From: an uncultured delta proteobacterium
Lineage (GTDB): Bacteria > Myxococcota_A > Polyangia > Fen-1088
DNA length: 64,000 nt
Assembly: GCA_963737265.1 (NCBI GenBank)
Contig: CAVTRY010000013.1
Coordinates: 384,001-448,000, forward strand
Direction: 5' to 3'
Positions 30,486 to 41,540 of the stretch are shown here, one piece after another (position 1 is the stretch's first letter; each line of letters starts with the position of its first letter). The notes beneath the pieces were generated by a model, which saw only the letters and a list, made by a program, of their open reading frames with translations, was not told the origin of the DNA and ran no database searches. A program made the translations under genes and the position numbers.

Positions 30486-32437
30486 ATGAAGCGAGCAATG
30501 AGAAGCGCACTCCTGGCAATCGTGGTTCTTGGTTTCGCGGCAGCCGGTACCTCGTGCTCGAGCGATTCCGGCAGGTCCAACGGATCGGGCGGCGCGGGGA
30601 TCGGCGGTGCAGGGCGCGGAGGCGGAGGCCAGGGCGCGGGCGGTGCAAGCGCGGGGGCCGGCGGCGCTGCGATTGGGTTCGGTGGCACGACAGGGATCGG
30701 CGGCGCGACCGGCAACGGTGGCGCGACCGGCAACGGTGGCGCGACCGGCAACGGTGGCGCGACTGGCGGCGGTGGAGCGAAGGACGCGGGTGGCGCGGCG
30801 GGCACGGGTGGTGCGACCGGCAACGGTGGCGCGGCCGCCGGCGGCGGTGGTGCAAAGGACGCGGGGGGCGCGGCGGACGGTGCGGCCGTGGGGGGTGGCA
30901 GCGGGCAGCCAGCGGGAGGCGTCGCAGGTGGCAGCGGGGGAACGGGACCGAGCTCCGGCGGTGCGCTCGGAACGGCGGGCGCGTCCGGGAGCGGTGGCGC
31001 GTCCGCCGCGGGCGTCATCCAGAACGACGTATTCTGGAAGGATACGTCGGGTAACCCGATCTACTCGCAGAGCGGCACCGTTATCCAGGTGGGCGGCACT
31101 TACTATTGGTACGGCGACAAATACGCGGGGGCGGTCACGTACGCGGCGAACCCCACCGCAAAGAATTCGGGCACCACCTTCGAGGGGGTGACGTGTTACT
31201 CGTCAACCGACCTCGTCCACTGGAAATTCGAAAACATCGTCCTTCCGCAAAGCGCGGTTCCGAATTCCACCAATCAGGATTGGTTCGGCCGGATGGGCGT
31301 GGTCCACAACCTCAAGACCGGCAAATACGTGCTGGTCATCGCCTACGTTCAGTTGGGGGGGATCGCGCCCGGGAGCTGTTCGCGACGAGCAGCACGCCGA
31401 CCGGAAGCTTCACCTTCGATCACATCCAAGAGAACCTCGATGGCGTGGCGACCAACGAGCCGGGTGACCAGACGGTGTTTACCGACGACGACGGACAGGC
31501 GTACCTCATCCTTTCGAGCGCTAACGGGCGAGCGAATCTCTACGTGGTGCCGTTGCGCGCCGCGGACTTTTTGGCGACCGACTCGGCGACTCTCGTGTTC
31601 CATGGTCCCGGCCGTGAGGGCAACTGCATGTTCAAGTACAACGGCCGCTACTATTTCAACTCGTCCGATTTGCATGGCTGGAACGCTTCGCACACGTACA
31701 CGATTTCTGCGACCAACATCATGGGCCCGTACTCCGCCGAAACCGTCATGGCGAACACGGACGCGGACTTTTCGCATGTTACGCAGACAGGGTTCTTCAT
31801 CACCGTGCATGGGTCGCAGCAGACGACCGTGATCTTCGCCGGTGACAGGTGGAGCGATTTTGCGGGCAACGGGATCGGGTTCAACCAGTGGATGCCCCTC
31901 ACCTTCGCGGGCAGCGCGCCGCAGTTCCAGTCGCTCAGTCAATGGTCGCTCGATGCGCGGGCCGGCACCTGGAGCGTGGGTCCGGGAAACAACTACGCCC
32001 TCAACCCGTCGTTCGAGGCGGATCGGGTGGCAATGACCCAGCCGGCCGGCTGGACCACGAGCACCACGACCGGCGGCTCCCCTTACGCGAACGTCGGTGG
32101 CGGCCACACCGGCAGGTGGAAATGGCGCATGACCGACACCGGCACCTACCAGGCGACGATCGCGCAAACTGTGAACGGACTACCGAACGGGATGTACACG
32201 CTCTCCGCCTGGGTTCAAAGCAGCGGCGGGCAATCGGTCGCCCAGCTGTTCGCGCGCAACGGTGGCAGCGCCGGGCAGGACGCTGCCGTCAATGCTGCGA
32301 TCCCATCTTGGAAGCAGATCACCATCAACGACATCGCGGTCGCGAATGGGACCCTCCTGATCGGCATCGAGACCACCGCCAGCGCCAACCAGTGGGTTGA
32401 CCTCGACGACGTGTCGTTGGTGAAGACGTCCAACTAA
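30486..32437 (+). CDS. GH43 (exo-beta-1,3-galactanase-like) lipoprotein with C-terminal CBM-like domain; frameshift near 31370
   Basis: AGTSC lipobox, G-rich linker, WKDTSGNPI, YYWYG, CYSSTDLVHWKFE; second frame GDQTVFTDDDG, REGNC, SDLHGW, GDRW, NPSFE. Confidence 0.82.
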
Positions 32438-32473
32438 GTACGGCCCGTGCGCCGTCTGAATTCATCGACTTGC

Positions 32474-34078
32474 CTATCGCTTGCGGCGAACGCGCGGGCG
32501 ACGGATGGCGAAGACCAGCACGACCAAGAGGACCAGCCCGCCAAGATTGGAGCCGCCGGTGCGAGAGACGCCGCACCCGCAGCCGGCCTTGCCCGGCGAC
32601 GAGACGGGAGAGCCGTTACCAGCGCCGCCGGAGCCGTCTCCGCCGCCCGCGCCGCCGGAGCCGTCTCCGCCGCCCGCGCCGCCGGAACCCGCGAGGCGTG
32701 TGCCGCCGCTCCCCACGGTGGATGACATCGCGCCGCCTGTGCCGTCTGCTCCTCCCGAACCGAGGGGCTCGGTGCCTCCGCCGCCCGCGCCGCCGGAACC
32801 CGCGAGGCGTGTGCCGCCGCTCCCCACGGTGGACGATGTCGCGCCGCCCGTGCCGTTTGTGCCCCCCGAACCGAGGGGCCCGGTACCTCCGTCTTCGCCG
32901 CCCGCGCCACCGCCGCTGCCCGTCGCGATGGCAGAGCCGCCGGCGCCGGCCGCGCCTGCCCCGCCGGAGCCCGCACCGCCCGCCCCGCCAGTGGACCTGC
33001 CGCCGCTGCCGCTTGCACCGCCACTGGCAGCGCCCGCGACGCCGCCCTGCCCACTCTGCCCGCCCTGGCCACCCGACGTCGTTTGGTGGCAAGGTTTGAG
33101 CGGCGTCGTCGACATCGCTCCCACGAGCGGCCAGTTGTCGATCGACCACGTGAGCTCGTTCTCGCCCAAGATCGACGTTTCCGTCGGGTAGTAGTGGTAG
33201 GTGAAGCGCTGGGCGCCACAGTCGTCGTAAATCCCCATGTGGCCAGGTCCGTGGATATTGGCGATGCTGGCATAGAAGATGCGATTGCCGGCGTAAGGGC
33301 CGGTGATATTTCCCTGCGAGCGCGCCACGTAGATCGTATACGTGCTGGCGGTCCCGGCACAACAACCTCCCTCGTTCCAGAACAGGTAGTAATAGCCGTT
33401 GCGATAATACACGTACGACGCTTCCCGGCGCCCGGTCTCTAGAGCGTACCCGAGCACGGTCGGTGGCTTGTAGGCGCTGTCGGAAGCGAGAGGCAGCCCC
33501 GTGGTGTCGTCCAGGCGGGTGAGCCACAGCTGGGTGCGGGACTGGTCCTTGCCATATCCGCTGCCCCAAGAGAGCCAGAGATTGGCCGAGGGATCGACGA
33601 TGGGCGCCGGATCGATCGTCGCGAATTGATAGGTCGCGTCGAGGGTGGGGTTGTTCACCGCCACGCCTTCGTCGGTCAGCTTGAAATCGGGAGAGGTCGA
33701 GTCGAGCGTCGGTGTCGTGTAAAGCCCGATCACACACGGAGCATTGGGCAGCGATGCGCAGAACGAATAGTAGATGTAGTACTTGTTCCGGACAAAAAGG
33801 ATGTCCGGCGCCCAGATGCCGGCCGTGCCGGTAGGGGCATACTTGGTCGACCATGCGGGGATCGTCAGCTTGAGACCGGTGGCTGACCACACGAGGCCGT
33901 CGTTCGACGAGGCGCACGTGCCGCCCGTCGAGCAAAAATAGAACTTCCCGTTCGACTCGACGATGCGCGAAGGATCGTGGGTTGCGTTGGCGCCACTCGT
34001 CTGCGCGAACGCCGCACGGTGGGCGAGCAGGCCGAGCGAGAGGACCACCAAGCAGGCGGACAGACGTCGCGTCGTCAT
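32474..34078 (-). CDS. GH43 endo-arabinanase-like protein with Gly-rich linker and MYXO-CTERM-like sorting tail
   Basis: HDPS, WAPD, IDP, EAS, GPGH; C-terminal GCGC...LVLLVVLVFAIRRPRVRRKR; linker contains a roughly 111-bp duplication. Confidence 0.85.
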   Translation of the reverse strand: MTTRRLSACLVVLSLGLLAHRAAFAQTSGANATHDPSRIVESNGKFYFCSTGGTCASSNDGLVWSATGLKLTIPAWSTKYAPTGTAGIWAPDILFVRNKYYIYYSFCASLPNAPCVIGLYTTPTLDSTSPDFKLTDEGVAVNNPTLDATYQFATIDPAPIVDPSANLWLSWGSGYGKDQSRTQLWLTRLDDTTGLPLASDSAYKPPTVLGYALETGRREASYVYYRNGYYYLFWNEGGCCAGTASTYTIYVARSQGNITGPYAGNRIFYASIANIHGPGHMGIYDDCGAQRFTYHYYPTETSILGENELTWSIDNWPLVGAMSTTPLKPCHQTTSGGQGGQSGQGGVAGAASGGASGSGGRSTGGAGGAGSGGAGAAGAGGSAIATGSGGGAGGEDGGTGPLGSGGTNGTGGATSSTVGSGGTRLAGSGGAGGGGTEPLGSGGADGTGGAMSSTVGSGGTRLAGSGGAGGGDGSGGAGGGDGSGGAGNGSPVSSPGKAGCGCGVSRTGGSNLGGLVLLVVLVFAIRRPRVRRKR

Positions 34079-34259
34079 GGAAGCACAAAGGGGGTGGCGA
34101 ACGCATTTGTGGTGCATGGAGCGAGTCGTTTCAAGCGCCATTTTGCCCTAACCAAGTCGCATCTGTAAAGCGGCCCCTGACCAATTTTGGTCCTATCTTC
34201 AACGCGCGGGAAGCCTTTGAGGGTGTGAGACGCTCGGCTTGAGCTGTCGGTCGCCTCGA

Positions 34260-35312
34260 TCATACGCGCGCGGGCGACTCCAGCGGCAGGCGGATGTGAA
34301 AGGTCGTCCCTTTCCCGACCTCGGTGTCGAAGGCCACGGTGCCGCCGTGTTTGTCGACCACCACGCTACGGGCGATGGCCAGCCCCTGGCCGGTCCCCTT
34401 GCCCACCTCCTTGGTGGTGAAGAAGGGGTCGAAGACCCGCGCGCGGATCGCCTCGGGAATGCCGGCCCCCGTGTCGGAGATGGAGATGCGCACGAATGCG
34501 CCCTCGTGCCGGGTCTCGAGGCGGATGGTGCCCCGCGCCCCAGTCCCGTGGACCTTGGCCGCGATGGCGTGGGCGGCGTTCACGATGACGTTGAGGAAGA
34601 CCTGGTTAAGCTCGCTCACGTGGCAGAACACCTGCGGCAGCTCGCCGAGGTCGACCTCCGTCTCGGCCACATCCTTGTACTCGTTGCGGGCGATCGTGAG
34701 CGTGGCGGAGAGGGCGCGGTTCAGGTCGGCGTGGGCCTTCTCCTTCTGGTCGGGGTGCGCGAACTCCTTCATCGATTGGACCAGGATGGCCACGCGGTTC
34801 AGCCCTTCGAGCGAGCGCTCGAAGGCCCGGGGACCGTTCTCCAGCAGATAGTCGAGGTCGGCCTCCGCTTCGGCGCGCTCCAACTCCGCGAGGAGCTCCG
34901 AATCGACCGGACCGGCCGCGGCGGCGGTGCGCAGCTCGCGGTAGCGCCGCACCAGCGCCGGGAGGCTACCAAAGCCCTCACGCAAGAAGTGGACGTTGTC
35001 GCTCACGAACTGGATCGGGGTGTTGATCTCGTGGGCGATCCCCGCAGCCAGCCGGCCCACCGACTCCAGCTTACTTGCCTGCATCAGCTCCGACTGCGCC
35101 ACCTTGAGGTTCGTGAGCGCCTGTCGCAACTCCTGCCCCTCAGCTACCAGCAGCCGGGTCTTCTCCGCCACCACCCGCTCCAGGGCGATGTTCTGCTCCA
35201 GCACCGCGAAGGCCGAGTCGCCGCTGGCGACCTTGTCCTCCACTCGGCGCATCAGTGCGGCGATGGTCTTCTGGGCAGCGGCAAGCTGCTCCTCAAGCGT
35301 CAGGCGCTCCAT
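34260..35312 (-). CDS. Cytoplasmic sensor histidine kinase (FIST-associated)
   Basis: GRLAAGIAHEINTP, NQVFLNVIVNA, DPFFTTKEVGKGTGQGL. Confidence 0.92.
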   Translation of the reverse strand: MERLTLEEQLAAAQKTIAALMRRVEDKVASGDSAFAVLEQNIALERVVAEKTRLLVAEGQELRQALTNLKVAQSELMQASKLESVGRLAAGIAHEINTPIQFVSDNVHFLREGFGSLPALVRRYRELRTAAAAGPVDSELLAELERAEAEADLDYLLENGPRAFERSLEGLNRVAILVQSMKEFAHPDQKEKAHADLNRALSATLTIARNEYKDVAETEVDLGELPQVFCHVSELNQVFLNVIVNAAHAIAAKVHGTGARGTIRLETRHEGAFVRISISDTGAGIPEAIRARVFDPFFTTKEVGKGTGQGLAIARSVVVDKHGGTVAFDTEVGKGTTFHIRLPLESPARV

Positions 35313-36472
35313 GCCCGCTCCCCGAGCGCCACGCCCGCGAAGGTCTGGTTCATGTGTAGCGCGTTGTTTTGCTCTCCGTAGGTACTGAAGCCGAGGACCC
35401 GATGCGACGCCAGAAGCCCGCCTATCCGCGCGTCGAGGCCGCGGCGCTCCTGCTCCAGCCGACGGAGGACGCAATCGCAGCCGAGGATAAGCTGGGGCGG
35501 TCCGATGGCCCGCTCGACGGCGCGCAGGCCCTCCTCTAGCGGGGCCACCGGATCGAGAACCTCCCCCAGTGTCAGCACCAGCCCCTCCTCGATGGCACAG
35601 TAGAAGACCAGGCTGCCGTCCGGGTTCACGCGCTGGATGCTGCGCACGTGGTAGTCGGAGCCGAAGCGCAGCAGCAGGGGGTGCTGCGAGTAGATGCTGG
35701 CGTCGAGCCGAGCGACAGAGATGCCGAGGAGCCGGGCGTAGCCCCGGGCGGCGGGAAGCCCGTCGATCTCCCGCACCAACCGCCGAGCAGAGTCGGAAGC
35801 GGTGATCACCAGCTGGCGGCAGGTGGCGGCCACGTCGCGCACGACGAAGGTGCTGAACTCGACGGAGGTCTCGAAGAACGCGAAGACCGCCGCCCCAGAG
35901 AGAAATTCGCCGTCCCAGTAGATTGCGGTCCGCTCGAACCGGAGGTCGTCGCCGGCCAATCCGCCGACGATCGGCACGTCACCCAGCGACTGGTACAGCG
36001 CCGCGGCCAAGCCCTCCTCGCAGCCCGAGAGCCCGTCGACAAGGAGCAGGCCGAATGCATGGCGACCGCTCGGCGCGCGCTCAAGGTGGGACCGAATCTG
36101 CCCCCCCACCTCGGCCGCGCGCTGACGGCACTCCGAGACCGGCGTGACCAGGAAGGGACGGACGTCGATATCGCCCGCCAGGCTCGCCCCCACCAGCCCG
36201 CCTTGCTGGTAGCCGTCCGGCCCGATCTGGCCGGCGGTGGTGCAACCGATCACCGGGCAGGAGAACGCCTCGCGGAGTGCCCTGCCCAGCCGGTGCAAGT
36301 CGTAGGCGGGCGAGCAAAACAGCACCGCCGCGCGCATCTCGGGTTGGTCGATGGCCTCGCGGATCTGCTGCACGGCCAGCCGGGGGTCGGGCGAGAGCGA
36401 GGAGCCCCGCCGCGCGGTAAGGCGCGGCACTTCGTCCCGGCGGCTCGCCTGCGGGTCGCGGCTGGGGGTCAA
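35300..36472 (-). CDS. FIST-domain protein (NosP-like)
   Basis: GCTTAGQI, LLVDGLS, GGLAGDD, DCVLRR, GFSTYGEQ, HMNQT. Confidence 0.88.
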   Translation of the reverse strand: MTPSRDPQASRRDEVPRLTARRGSSLSPDPRLAVQQIREAIDQPEMRAAVLFCSPAYDLHRLGRALREAFSCPVIGCTTAGQIGPDGYQQGGLVGASLAGDIDVRPFLVTPVSECRQRAAEVGGQIRSHLERAPSGRHAFGLLLVDGLSGCEEGLAAALYQSLGDVPIVGGLAGDDLRFERTAIYWDGEFLSGAAVFAFFETSVEFSTFVVRDVAATCRQLVITASDSARRLVREIDGLPAARGYARLLGISVARLDASIYSQHPLLLRFGSDYHVRSIQRVNPDGSLVFYCAIEEGLVLTLGEVLDPVAPLEEGLRAVERAIGPPQLILGCDCVLRRLEQERRGLDARIGGLLASHRVLGFSTYGEQNNALHMNQTFAGVALGERAWSA

Positions 36473-37920
36473 GAGGCTCCCGACAGTGGCAGGTTGGCAA
36501 TCGGATCGGAAACGCCGGTGGCCACCGATTCCGGAAGCGTGGCCGGGATATGGACGTAGAAGGTCGTGCCTTTACCTATCTCTGTTTCGAAGGTGATCTT
36601 GCCACCATGTTGTTCCACCACCACGGAGTGCGCCAAGGCAAGCCCTTGCCCGGTGCCTTTGCCCACCCCTTTCGTCGTGAAGAAGGGATCGAAAATCTTG
36701 CTTTGCGCCGCCAGCGGTATGCCGGTGCCGGTGTCGCCGATGGCGACCACAACGTGGTTCTCCTCCAGATGCGTCCGCACCCTAATCGTGCCCCGCTGGC
36801 CGGATTTTCCGACCACGTCGGCGATGGCGTGCGCAGCATTCACAAGAAGGTTGAGGAACACTTGGTTGAGGTCACTCAGGAAACATGACACGGCTGGAAT
36901 GTCGCCATACTCGGTTTCAACCTTGGCGACGTACTTGAGCTCGTTCGTGGCCACGGTGAGCGTGTTGCGCAGGGCCGAATTGATGTCGGCGGAGGATCGC
37001 TCGCCGCGATCGGGGTGAGCGAAGGCTTTCATCGACTGCACAATCCGGGCGACGCGGCCGACCCCATCGATGGTGGAGGCGATCGAGGTCGGTACGTTCT
37101 GGCGGATGTACTCCAGATCCGCGGTCTCCTCGTCATGCCTCTGCTGAGCGATATCCTCTTGCGAAAGTGGAGCGGTGGCTGCCTTTTCGCACAGCGACCG
37201 GTAGGTGCCACAGAGCGTAATCAGTTGTTCGAACGCACCTGAGAGGAAACTCACGTTGTCCCCGACGAACTGGATTGGAGTATTGATCTCGTGTGCGATA
37301 CCGGCCGCCAATCGGCCGACCGACTCGAGTTTTTGCGAATGCCGGAGCTCCACCTCGAGCCTTTTTTGCTCGGTCACATCCTCAAGCAAGGTGACGATCA
37401 TCTTGGTCCGCCCCTGGGGGTCGAGCACGGCGGTTGCCTGAATATCCGCAAGAAGGGGCTGCGCGCGTTTGGTGACGAGCCGGTGATGGTTTCGGCTCAT
37501 CGTAATACGGGCCGAGGCCAGGTCGGCCACTCTCGCTCTGACTGACTCGGCTTCGTCCCTATCGACAAATTCGCTTACATGTTTACCGACGACCTCTTCG
37601 CTCGGGAATCCGAGCATATCCACCAACGCCTGGTTCGTTTCAAGGATAATGCCTTCTGTGTTGGTGATGGCCGTCCCCCTTGGCGTCGCCTTGAAAATGC
37701 TCGCGAACTTGTCGCGTTCTTCCACGAGCTTGGCGGTGAGATCCTTCATTTCGCGCGAAGACACCTCGATGGAATGCTCGACGAGATAGCGCTCGCGATC
37801 CATCGCGAAATAGACCGAGCTGACCCAGCCCAGCAGCTCTTGCCAATTCTCCGTCGAGGGCGAGGTCGTGGCGTCGAGCCCCAACCGGCGAAGCTGCCTG
37901 CCGAGATGCTGGTGCAGCAC
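36469..37920 (-). CDS. PAS-domain sensor histidine kinase
   Basis: N-terminal RQLRRLG...SSREM segment, PAS, HEINTP H-box, G1/F/G2 boxes. Confidence 0.92.
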   Translation of the reverse strand: MLHQHLGRQLRRLGLDATTSPSTENWQELLGWVSSVYFAMDRERYLVEHSIEVSSREMKDLTAKLVEERDKFASIFKATPRGTAITNTEGIILETNQALVDMLGFPSEEVVGKHVSEFVDRDEAESVRARVADLASARITMSRNHHRLVTKRAQPLLADIQATAVLDPQGRTKMIVTLLEDVTEQKRLEVELRHSQKLESVGRLAAGIAHEINTPIQFVGDNVSFLSGAFEQLITLCGTYRSLCEKAATAPLSQEDIAQQRHDEETADLEYIRQNVPTSIASTIDGVGRVARIVQSMKAFAHPDRGERSSADINSALRNTLTVATNELKYVAKVETEYGDIPAVSCFLSDLNQVFLNLLVNAAHAIADVVGKSGQRGTIRVRTHLEENHVVVAIGDTGTGIPLAAQSKIFDPFFTTKGVGKGTGQGLALAHSVVVEQHGGKITFETEIGKGTTFYVHIPATLPESVATGVSDPIANLPLSGAS

Positions 37921-37923
37921 GAC

Positions 37924-39057
37924 TCAATCCTCCGAGATGGTTGTCAACGTCATGGTTTGGTTGTGCAACTCACAGCGGCCGGTTCCGTAGGGGGATATCT
38001 CTCCATAGGAATAGAAACCGATAAGGTGGCTCTTCTCCGGCAAAACCTCATGCACGGCTTCCACTTCCTCTTCGGCTCGATCGCCAAGGACCAACCTTCG
38101 TCCAACGCAGCTGATGGCGATGGCGAGAAGCTCCGATGTGCTGTCCTTCCTCGCCAATCGTGCGGCTTCTCCGGCCCCGTCCACCAGTCGGTCGAAGTTG
38201 GCCCGCATGAACCTGACCAGGCTGCCTTGGGGCATGTCGCCGGCAAAGGTCATGGATTCCGCCTTCTCGTCGATGGACAAGATGGTGCGGACCAGCTTGG
38301 CATCGCTGCCCTCTTCGCGGCGAAGGTCGAGCGGAAAGAGCAAGGCGTTGGATGGAAGGCCAGCGGCAAGATCGCCGAGGTAGAGCTTGTAGAGTCCGAG
38401 GGCCGACTTGCCGTCTATCTCGTAGAGGACATTTCCCGCCGAGCGGGTGATGAGGCGCTCGGGGCCGAACACGTCCCAGCCCCCTTTGGAGCCGTGGCCG
38501 ATGGCCACGCGTTCGCCGTAGAACCCAAGCGCGGAAATCCAACCGCTCTCACGATGCCGACCATTGAGAACCCAGGTTTTCGCGAAACGGTCGCCGTCGC
38601 CGGCAAGACCACCCGTGACGACCGTGTTCTCGGGAAGTACCGCATTGAGCCCTTGCACGAGTTCGCTTCCGTTCACGCAAAGTCCATCGGAGATCACCAG
38701 AACCCCGCGCAAGTCTGGCGCGTTTAGCTTGCGCGCAATCATTTGCCCGGCTTCGTTTGAATCCGCGACCGCGTGGACGGGGACCGATGTCGACCTGAGC
38801 TTCGTTCCATCGAACCGACAGACCGCGACGGCGATGCTGTGGTCATGGATGGATTTATCGAGAATCTCACCGGCCGTGGAGCAGCCGACGAGATGAGCGC
38901 GCGGATAGGCGGCCGACAATTCGCCGAGGCGGGGCGCGCAGGTTTCGTCCCCGGGACAGCCGAATGCCAGCACCAACGTCGACTCGGAATCGAGGTCGGG
39001 GAAAACGGGCACGGACCATCCCCGGTTTGGTTGAAAAGAAAAGGTTTCTATTTGCAT
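37924..39057 (-). CDS. FIST-domain signal transduction protein
   Basis: GCSTAGEI, SDGLCVNG, GGLAGDG, SCVGRR, GFYSYGEI, LHNQT. Confidence 0.92.
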   Translation of the reverse strand: MQIETFSFQPNRGWSVPVFPDLDSESTLVLAFGCPGDETCAPRLGELSAAYPRAHLVGCSTAGEILDKSIHDHSIAVAVCRFDGTKLRSTSVPVHAVADSNEAGQMIARKLNAPDLRGVLVISDGLCVNGSELVQGLNAVLPENTVVTGGLAGDGDRFAKTWVLNGRHRESGWISALGFYGERVAIGHGSKGGWDVFGPERLITRSAGNVLYEIDGKSALGLYKLYLGDLAAGLPSNALLFPLDLRREEGSDAKLVRTILSIDEKAESMTFAGDMPQGSLVRFMRANFDRLVDGAGEAARLARKDSTSELLAIAISCVGRRLVLGDRAEEEVEAVHEVLPEKSHLIGFYSYGEISPYGTGRCELHNQTMTLTTISED

Positions 39058-39073
39058 GCTGAGTCTCGCATCG

Positions 39074-40234
39074 CTAAGTCTTGCTTGAGGGATCTGCCGG
39101 AACGAAGACAGTGAGTGGCTCGCGCACAGTGCCCTTGGGCAAGTTGCGGAGTCGGTGCAGAAGCCCCAGGGTCACTTCCTGGCCGCGGGCAACGAGGAGT
39201 AGGCCAGTCGTAGAGCTGACCCCTTGGGCCAAAAACATCCCAGGACGAACGCCCGCCAGCCCCACTTCGCACAGACCGCGCGGTGGGGCATCGGTCTTGA
39301 GACGAATGAAGGCATCCAGAAGCTTGGGGTCGTAGCGGCCTTTGCGCGCCCGCAAGGTTCCCATGGCCATCTCGGGCTCGCAGCCCGAGGCTTCGAGAAT
39401 GTCATGATCTCCGACGATCTTGAGCACGCGCGCACCGAGGGGGATCGCTTCTCCTTTGGCCGCGCCGGCCGGACTGCCCGTGCCATCGAAATTGCTCGCC
39501 TCGCTCTGTAGGATCGCACGCACTGCTTCGAGCCGGGGAATGCTGTCGAGCAGTTGCACCGCGAGGGCGGGCAGGTGCTGGACGAGCTCTGCCTCCTCGT
39601 TGCTCAGCGGCTTTCCGTAGTAGAGCTTCTCGTGGGTACTGGGAGGCAGAGTGATGCAGCCGATCTGCGAGAGCATCGCCGCCACTTCGATCTGCCAGGA
39701 GACGGGCAACCCCAGAGCCGCGACCAACTCAGTCGACTGTTGCTTGAGGCGAATGGCGCGACCGAACGCCAACGGATTGGTGAGAGAAAGGATGTCGGTG
39801 AGTGCCTTGATGCTGCCGCGCAGGGTCTGTTCGAGCAATACACGCTCGGCGGTGATCAAACGATGTTGCTCGGCAGCCGCTTGGATAGCGACCAGAAGCG
39901 TCGGTGCATTGCAGGGCTTGGTGAGAAAGCGGAAAATCTGGCCGTGGTTCACCGCCGCGATGGCCGATTCGATGTCGGCTTGTCCGGTAAGCAAGAGCCG
40001 CACCGAATCTGGGGACTTCTCCCTGACTCGGCTTAAGAAAACGGCGCCATCCATCTCCGGCATGCGCATGTCGGAAACGACGATCGCAGGGGAATCGTTG
40101 CCCTCGACGATGGCAAGCCCAGCCAAACCGTTGGCGGCGGTCGACATCCGGAAATGCCGCCGCAAGTTGAGAACGAGCCCTTCGAGCACTTTGGGCTCGT
40201 CGTCCACGCACAAGACATGAATTTGGTCGCCCAT
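39074..40234 (-). CDS. Response regulator with HD/HD-GYP-like output domain (degenerate motif)
   Basis: REC (VDDEP, SDMRMP, FLTKPC); LSQIG in place of HD; FDGTG...GEAIPLGARVL. Confidence 0.88.
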   Translation of the reverse strand: MGDQIHVLCVDDEPKVLEGLVLNLRRHFRMSTAANGLAGLAIVEGNDSPAIVVSDMRMPEMDGAVFLSRVREKSPDSVRLLLTGQADIESAIAAVNHGQIFRFLTKPCNAPTLLVAIQAAAEQHRLITAERVLLEQTLRGSIKALTDILSLTNPLAFGRAIRLKQQSTELVAALGLPVSWQIEVAAMLSQIGCITLPPSTHEKLYYGKPLSNEEAELVQHLPALAVQLLDSIPRLEAVRAILQSEASNFDGTGSPAGAAKGEAIPLGARVLKIVGDHDILEASGCEPEMAMGTLRARKGRYDPKLLDAFIRLKTDAPPRGLCEVGLAGVRPGMFLAQGVSSTTGLLLVARGQEVTLGLLHRLRNLPKGTVREPLTVFVPADPSSKT

Positions 40235-40250
40235 TGTGTCTCCAACCCGG

Positions 40251-41435
40251 CTATCCGGCAGTCTTCCCGGCGAGTCGCCTGGCCATCGTGCGCATGCGCT
40301 CGACCTCATTCTTGTCGATGCCTATGCGCCCGAGATAGTCGAGGTCCATTCCCTCGGATTCTGAGCTCAACTCCCCGATCTGCTCCCCGGCCAAGTGGTG
40401 GGCGACGTAGAGCCGGTCTACCAGCTCGAAACTCGCATGCGGGATGAGTTGAGGATCGCGATGGTAGGCCACCGCTTCCGTGATCGGGTGGGGCAAACCC
40501 CACAGGCCGAGCAAGTAGGCGCCGAGGAGGGCCCGGTCGACTGGTGGCGGTGTGGCAGTGGTCTTTTCCGGAGCTTGGACCGCCACGAGCCACCCAACCT
40601 CGTGCAAAACGCCAGCGAGGAATGACTCTTCCGCTTTGTTCTGGTCTCGAGAGTCGATCCGTCTCGCAATCTGGCCAGCCAAGAGCGAGTGGTCCTGCAA
40701 AGCATTGAGCTCGCCTCCCGAAAGCCCACATGATCGCGAAGCCGAGGAGAATGCCTCGAGGGTCATGGCCAGGTTTTTGATAGTGAGGGTCCCGATGTAG
40801 GTGACGGCCTCGTTGAGTGAAGTGATCTTGCGCGGCAAGCCGAAAAAGGCGGAGTTGACGAGCTGGAGGATCTTGGCGCAGACGCCCACGTCGCGCTCGA
40901 TGATCCTGGCCACGTCGTTCACGGTGCAATTGGGTCTAATGAGTGCCTCGTTGAGCGCGACATAGGTCTTCGGCGCGGCCGGCAGCATGTCGACCCGTCC
41001 AGCCGCCGCTCGCAATTCTTCGCTATTCAGCATCGAATTGAGACGGCATGCCCGGTCTACAATCCTCTTGAGGGAATCGGGGTCGCAGGGCTTGGACAAG
41101 AACATGTGCGCTATGAAGACCGACTTCAACACGGTCTCCTGCTCCGTTTGGCCGGTGAGGATCATGCGCACCGCCTTGGGTTGGAGACGTTTGACCTCGC
41201 TGAGCAGTGTCGCCCCATCCATTTGCGGCATGCGCATGTCGCTGACCACCACGTCGAAAGGTTGGTCCGCGAGCTTGGCCAGCGCCGCCTCAGGCCCCAA
41301 GGCGAAGACCATTTCCCACTGATGTCGCTGGGACCGCAACACGTTGCGGAGCCCAGATAGAACATTCGGCTCGTCATCGACGAAGAGGATGCGCTTCAAG
41401 GCCGTGGTCTCCGGCTTGGAACTCGTGTCCGACAT
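40251..41435 (-). CDS. Response regulator with HDOD domain
   Basis: REC plus AKILQLVNSAFFG, AGVLHEVG, LWGLP. Confidence 0.9.
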   Translation of the reverse strand: MSDTSSKPETTALKRILFVDDEPNVLSGLRNVLRSQRHQWEMVFALGPEAALAKLADQPFDVVVSDMRMPQMDGATLLSEVKRLQPKAVRMILTGQTEQETVLKSVFIAHMFLSKPCDPDSLKRIVDRACRLNSMLNSEELRAAAGRVDMLPAAPKTYVALNEALIRPNCTVNDVARIIERDVGVCAKILQLVNSAFFGLPRKITSLNEAVTYIGTLTIKNLAMTLEAFSSASRSCGLSGGELNALQDHSLLAGQIARRIDSRDQNKAEESFLAGVLHEVGWLVAVQAPEKTTATPPPVDRALLGAYLLGLWGLPHPITEAVAYHRDPQLIPHASFELVDRLYVAHHLAGEQIGELSSESEGMDLDYLGRIGIDKNEVERMRTMARRLAGKTAG

Positions 41436-41540
41436 GCTTTTGGGGCTTCCATCCTTACCGTTGGCGAAGAAGGTCGCCACCAGCTCAGGCGCAAAGATCA
41501 TCGGCGGGGATCGGATCGATCTTGATGCCGCCTTGGGCAC

